From the human T2T-CHM13v2.0 reference genome, Homo sapiens, in the NCBI RefSeq assembly GCF_009914755.1, contig NC_060926.1: a stretch of 64,000 bases of DNA. One strand, 5' to 3'. Shown in pieces: positions 59,136 to 64,000 of the stretch; within the stretch, counting starts at the first letter, position 1; the number at the start of each line of letters is the position of its first letter. Made by a program: the position numbers and the translations under genes. The notes beneath the pieces are model-generated. The model had not been told where the DNA came from. It saw only the letters and a program-made list of their open reading frames with translations, and made no database searches.

Positions 59136-59144
59136 GCCATCTTG
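59136..59144 (-). promoter_or_regulatory. YY1 core site of the L1 5'UTR promoter
   Basis: CAAGATGGC about 10-18 nt from the L1 5' end, the established position of the L1 YY1 site. Confidence 0.7.
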
Positions 59145-59569
59145 CTAGCCACCTGCATTATTATATAAATTTCAAACTTAAATAGTTTTTAAAATGAAGA
59201 GCTTGATTGAAAACTATATATTATATTAAAACTAAATAAATTTATAACATAGCTTTTCCAAAGAGAATATGGGGCTATATCTCACATTTTCAAATGAGTC
59301 TCAGAACCATGAGTAATAAGAAATAAAAAGATTTCATAATTTTTAAGCAACGAGTTTAAAAATTTTAATGGTAAATGATACAGCTATCAGCAAGACTTTT
59401 ATGTTGCCAGCAATTTTTTTTTTGTTTTTGTTTATTTTTCAGGCTTCCTATATCTCATGTCAAATATAATGGCTTAAAGAATCTGAAATGTAATATTCGG
59501 GTCTTATGTAGAGTGCTAAGTATACTTACTCCCAAAAATCTTCATGAAAAGAATAATTGAAAGAAAACT

Positions 59570-60062
59570 GAATTTGGAGTCTGGGCTTCAAGTTCTGGTT
59601 CAGTTCAAACACTTATTAATTAATGGCCTTTATTAAATCCCTTAATATCACTGAGATTTAATTTCTTTTTTAAAATTTTTTAAAGAGATAGGGTCTTGCT
59701 CTGTTGCCCAGCCTGGAGGGCAGTGATTCAGTCATAGCTCACTGTAGCCGCAAACTCCTGGATGATCCTCCTGCCTCATTCTGAAGTAGATAAAACTACA
59801 GGTGCATGCCATCATGCCTGGCTATATTTTTTTATTTAAAAGGCAGGATCTTGCTATGTTGCCCAGGCTGGTCTCAAACTCCTGGGCTCAAATAATCCTC
59901 CTGTCTCAGCATCCTGAGTAGGTGAGATGACAGGCATGACCCATCACACCCAGCTAGATTTAATTTCTACACATACAAAAAGGAGTAATTGCATATGCCC
60001 TACATTTCTGACATGGTTGTGTGAATGTTACATGGTACAATTTGTAGCAAAGTGTTTTGTAG
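59570..60062 (+). mobile_element. MIR interrupted by AluJ
   Basis: ttggagtc...tggttc...cttaatatcactgag...[Alu]...tacaaaaaggagtaat...ggttgtgtgaatgttacatgg...aaagtgttttgta. Confidence 0.65.
59667..59955 (-). mobile_element. AluJ (degenerate)
   Basis: gagatagggtcttgctctgttgccc...catagctcactgtagcc...ctcctgggctcaa; perfect 13-bp TSD agatttaatttct (59654-59666 / 59956-59968). Confidence 0.93.
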
Positions 60063-60791
60063 GGAGTAAATCACCATCCAAAATATTATCAAAATAGTGA
60101 TTTCTACCTCAGTCGTGTTCCTAAAGCTACTCCTGAAGGTAATTTTCATCATCTTCCTCTGAACTAGTGAGAAATTTTTAATGTGGCTTCCAGTCCCACT
60201 GCTACTTATTACTCTCAAGCTATCTGACTGAGCTGAAATCTATTCAAAGTACTTCCTTGCTGGAGAGGATTGCTTTTATTCATAATCTCAGGTCTGTCTC
60301 CACTTGAAAGCACAATTCAACTTTATTAGGAGGTTTTTGTAATGATAATGTGGTATATTCCTTCAGACATAAAGAGGTATGAAATAGAAAATTATGCTAA
60401 TATATAAAAACAAAAGCAAGAGAAAGACAAGAATGTTTTTATCCTGTCAGAACTCTAATCCTAAAGGAATTAAATAACAAGCTTTTTAGAGGGGGAAAAT
60501 CAAGTTAAATCGAAAATATTGTTATACATTAAGAGGCAAACTAATAAACAAAGAAGTAAAAATGGGAAGTAGCAGGATCACCTAACAAGAGGTTCTAAAA
60601 TCCAAATCTTAGATTAAAATGTGCATATTGTTACTTCTGTAGCTATGGTTAGACACCTGAGTCATTCTGAGGTGCTTATTGTGAAATCTTGTACTGATAC
60701 TCGTAGCAAATTAAATGCGTCTTATTTGATCTATTTGATCTTCCATGAGGCTAGGGTAAGATTAAATAAAAAGACCATGAATGTTTGCTTT

Positions 60792-61576
60792 TGATGGGGT
60801 TCAGCAACACTATCCCAAAATATGGTACCTTGGCTTTTTAGAAAACCGCAGAAGCAAAAACGTCACTCTCACCTTCCCCTCACCTTTCTCCTTTGAAGCA
60901 GATCATAACACACTTATTGGAGAGGTGCCCTTCCTATTCTCTAAGGAAAAGAATATCCTTATCTCTAAAGACGAAGGGGGCAGGAGCTATGGTTCACGTC
61001 TGTAATCAAAGCACCTTGGGAAGCCGAGATGGGCGTATCACGAGACCAGCCTGACCAACATGGTGAAACCCTGTCTCCACTAAAAACACAAAGAAATTAG
61101 CCAGGCGTGGTGGTGCACACCTGTATTCCCAGCTACTCAGGAGGCTGAGGCAGGAGAATCGTTTGAACCCGGGAGGCGGAGGTTGCAGTCAGCCGAGCCG
61201 AGATCGTGCCATTGCACTCCAGTCTGGGCAACAGAGCGACACTCTGGCTCAAAAAAAAAAAAAAAAAAAAAAAAAAAAACAGAAAAAAAAGAAAAAAGGA
61301 CAGATAATTAACAGAATCAACAGGCTGTGCTAAGTTCCCCCCAGTTTATTGCCATTAGATCATATCGTTTGCCTTTCAGTAATATTTGTCCACAACTGTC
61401 CCTTCTTTATCAAACCTAAGCATAAAATACACAAGTTCACATCTTTGGGTCTTGATGTTAAAAGCCTTCCATGTCTTGCAAGACGGACATTTCTCTTATT
61501 AGTCTGCCTCTTGTTATAGGGTCCTCAACCATGGACACAGTAATGGATAAGGAAATAAATTTTTTCCTCTCCTATA
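60792..61576 (+). mobile_element. MER39-like ERV1 solo LTR interrupted by Alu
   Basis: tgatggggttcag...cccaaaatatggtaccttggc start; gctaagttccccccagtttattgccattagatcata; end tttttcctctcctata; approximate 4-bp TSD cttt/cttc. Confidence 0.8.
60978..61297 (+). mobile_element. AluS with internal deletion in the left arm and long A tail
   Basis: gtatcacgagaccagcc lacks gtcaggagtt; agccgagccgag duplication; A29 plus mixed tail. Confidence 0.93.
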
Positions 61577-61720
61577 CTTCAAATTATCTAACCATGGAGA
61601 AAATTGGTGATGGGCATTTGAATGCTTTCTTGAAATCAGATATAAAAATGTAGATTTATTTCCAGGAAATAACTAGAAATTAAACTTATTTCCAAGTAAT
61701 TAATAAAATTAAAGCATTCA

Positions 61721-61898
61721 GGGCTATGCATACTGCCTCATGCCTGACATTCCAGCTCTTTGGGAGGTTGAGGCAGGAGGTTCGCTTGAGCCCAGGAGGT
61801 TGAGGCTGCAGCGGGCTATGATCATGACACTGCACTCCAGATTGGGTGAGAGAGTGAGGCCCTGTCTCAAAAATAAAAAAATAAAAAAATAAAAAAAA
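61721..61898 (+). mobile_element. Alu monomer (FRAM/FAM-like)
   Basis: One monomer: ctttgggagg...cttgagcccaggaggttgaggctgcag...ctatgatc...ccctgtctc + A tail; TSD-like aaagcattca / aaaccattca. Confidence 0.85.
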
Positions 61899-64000
61899 TT
61901 TTAAAACCATTCAAACAGTAGGGAAGAGAAAACCTTGGAAATGGATTCAAATCTTTATACTACATCTTTATATAACATCTATATATAACATCATCAAAAT
62001 GATCTTAAATTGTATAAAGCATGTATATGAAACAGGTCCAAGATTTTATTAACTTACCCACACTATATTAAGAAACATTTAACACAGGTAATAACCACAT
62101 TGTATAATTTCATCTGATTGTTAATATTAGCTATTATCTTAGAAACTAATAATAACAATGTTTCTATCCACAGAAAGATGTAACAAATTCCAGTGCATGA
62201 TTCTGTTGCTTTTCCCATCATTGGCTTTGGTGTGCAATATTTTTCCTTGGTAATTATTTTAGTTGAGTATTTTCAATATTTGCGACCATATCTTTTAGTT
62301 ATTTGACATACTGTCTAAAATCAGTAATTTTATTGCTTTGGTAAATCTACCTATTATTTCTATTTTCCATTTAAAACCTCAACAAAGTAAGTGTTTGTAT
62401 GGCCTAGAGCAACTTAATCTTATTTTCATCATGTTTCTATTTAATGTGTATATGTATTTTCATGTGCCATGTGAATTGATTCAACATATTATTAATAACA
62501 AGATGATCTAAATTTATTATATAAGTAATAAAGGCTAAACATTTATCAACACAAATGAGTCCACTAGAAATAGGAGTCATAATTTGATGAATGAAAAAAA
62601 ATTCAAATATGATTTTTAAGCCATAAACATTTTTATACTAGGACATTTTATATGCTATAGATTAAAATATGAATAATCATCATCATATTGGTTTTACATT
62701 TCCAAGTTAAACAAACCTCAATCTCAACATAACAAGATGTTTAGCCTAAAACCTTACAATTTTATATACCTGATTTAAATCAGATTCAAGTAGGCAATTT
62801 TTTCCAATTATATTAAGGAAAACATTCCTCTTGTTAAAGAAGAGAAAGCATTAATATTTAAAAGACATAGAATATTTTATTGATTTGATCAAGTAGTTCC
62901 GAGTCCTAGTTATAATTTTAAAATATCTTAGTAACATTTTATTAAAATTCACCTAGCATAGACATATGAAACTAATTGATACTATATTTTATTAAAACAT
63001 GTACAACTTTACACAGTCCCTATGAAAATAACTTTAGAGTCATAAAGATAATAATGGTAATTATAATAAACAATCTCTCATCTCAAGAAAATAGTTTGCT
63101 TTAAACCCATCAAGATCATTAGCCCATAAACTTGATCTTATTGGTAGAAATTTCCAATGAGAGGTGAAAATGTAGCTTAATATTAAGCAGGGAAAAGTAA
63201 GTGAAAGTGTATTGATAAGTTTTGTCAATTTAAAATAACACAGAGATAATCCTTATTCAGTTATAGCATGTTACCATGAGTGAAAAAACAAAAAAAAAAT
63301 ACACTGAATTCTCAAATTTGTATTAAAGGTGGCACAGCAGGTTGTAAATTTTAACATAAGCTGGTACTGCATGTTTTGTTTTTTAGCATTTAAATTGTGG
63401 CACTACAATTTGGAAGCTGTGCAGCTTGTTACTCCAAGACAAATCTCACCTAAGAGGATATGGCAGCCTTCCACACTGTGGTCTGATTGCATTAGACCAA
63501 GTACGGCTAAAGAAAGAAATATTTTGACAGGGGAGATTGCACTTGAACACATCAAAGTGTCAGTTCAGATATGTGGCATCTGAAAAGCACCCTCCCCTTT
63601 TCCCCATTGCATGAAATTTGCCACCTCTCATTGTCTCTTCCAGATGGTGTACTGAGTTCTCTTCAGCTTTATTCCTAGAGAGCTCAAGTTGACATCAATC
63701 TGTTATGCCATTTTCTTGTAATACTAATGTGGCTTATTTATCAATGCCAATTAATCAATGGCACAGAACGGGTTCTTCCTTAGCAGCTAATGTTGTTTCA
63801 TTTTTTTAATATTCAAAAAAAATTTTAAGGGCAGCGACCAGATTGGGAAGCCACGCATCTGGCAGACTGTGGCCACTTAGGAGGCATTCAACTGATGTAA
63901 AGATGAAGCCATTTATTTCAAAATATGATTAAGAAGCATATTGGGAGGTTATTATTTCTAGCAGAAGGGTGAGAGTAATTCTGTGAGATAAGAAGAAATT

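Overview
AT-rich, CpG-depleted primate genomic DNA. AluY and an L1PA2/3-type fragment point to human or another hominoid. No recognisable protein-coding exon, RNA gene or CpG island is present, so the window is intronic or intergenic, and I cannot name the locus. The ORF track is explained by repeats (Alu, L1 ORF2, L1 5'UTR, microsatellites) or by chance. Contents: 13 Alu dimers/fragments plus one Alu monomer; a 5'-inverted (twin-primed) L1; a 5'UTR-containing L1PA7/8-type element lacking most of ORF1 and the endonuclease domain; old L1M, L2 and MIR relics; DNA transposons (Tigger2/4, MER46C, MER3, MER5A, MER53, MER63); LTRs (MLT1, MER39-like, LTR26-like); microsatellites; a palindromic AT-rich minisatellite; and a perfect 48-bp tandem duplication. 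Several repeat-free blocks carry clustered homeodomain/E-box/NFI/PBX-HOX-type motifs and may be conserved developmental enhancers, which is inference only. I found no convincing new biological system. The best leads are the rearranged L1s, a possible L1 antisense-promoter splice path, a pair of unusually similar inverted L2 copies and the candidate enhancers. Repeat subfamily names come from remembered consensus sequences, and boundaries of old repeats are approximate.
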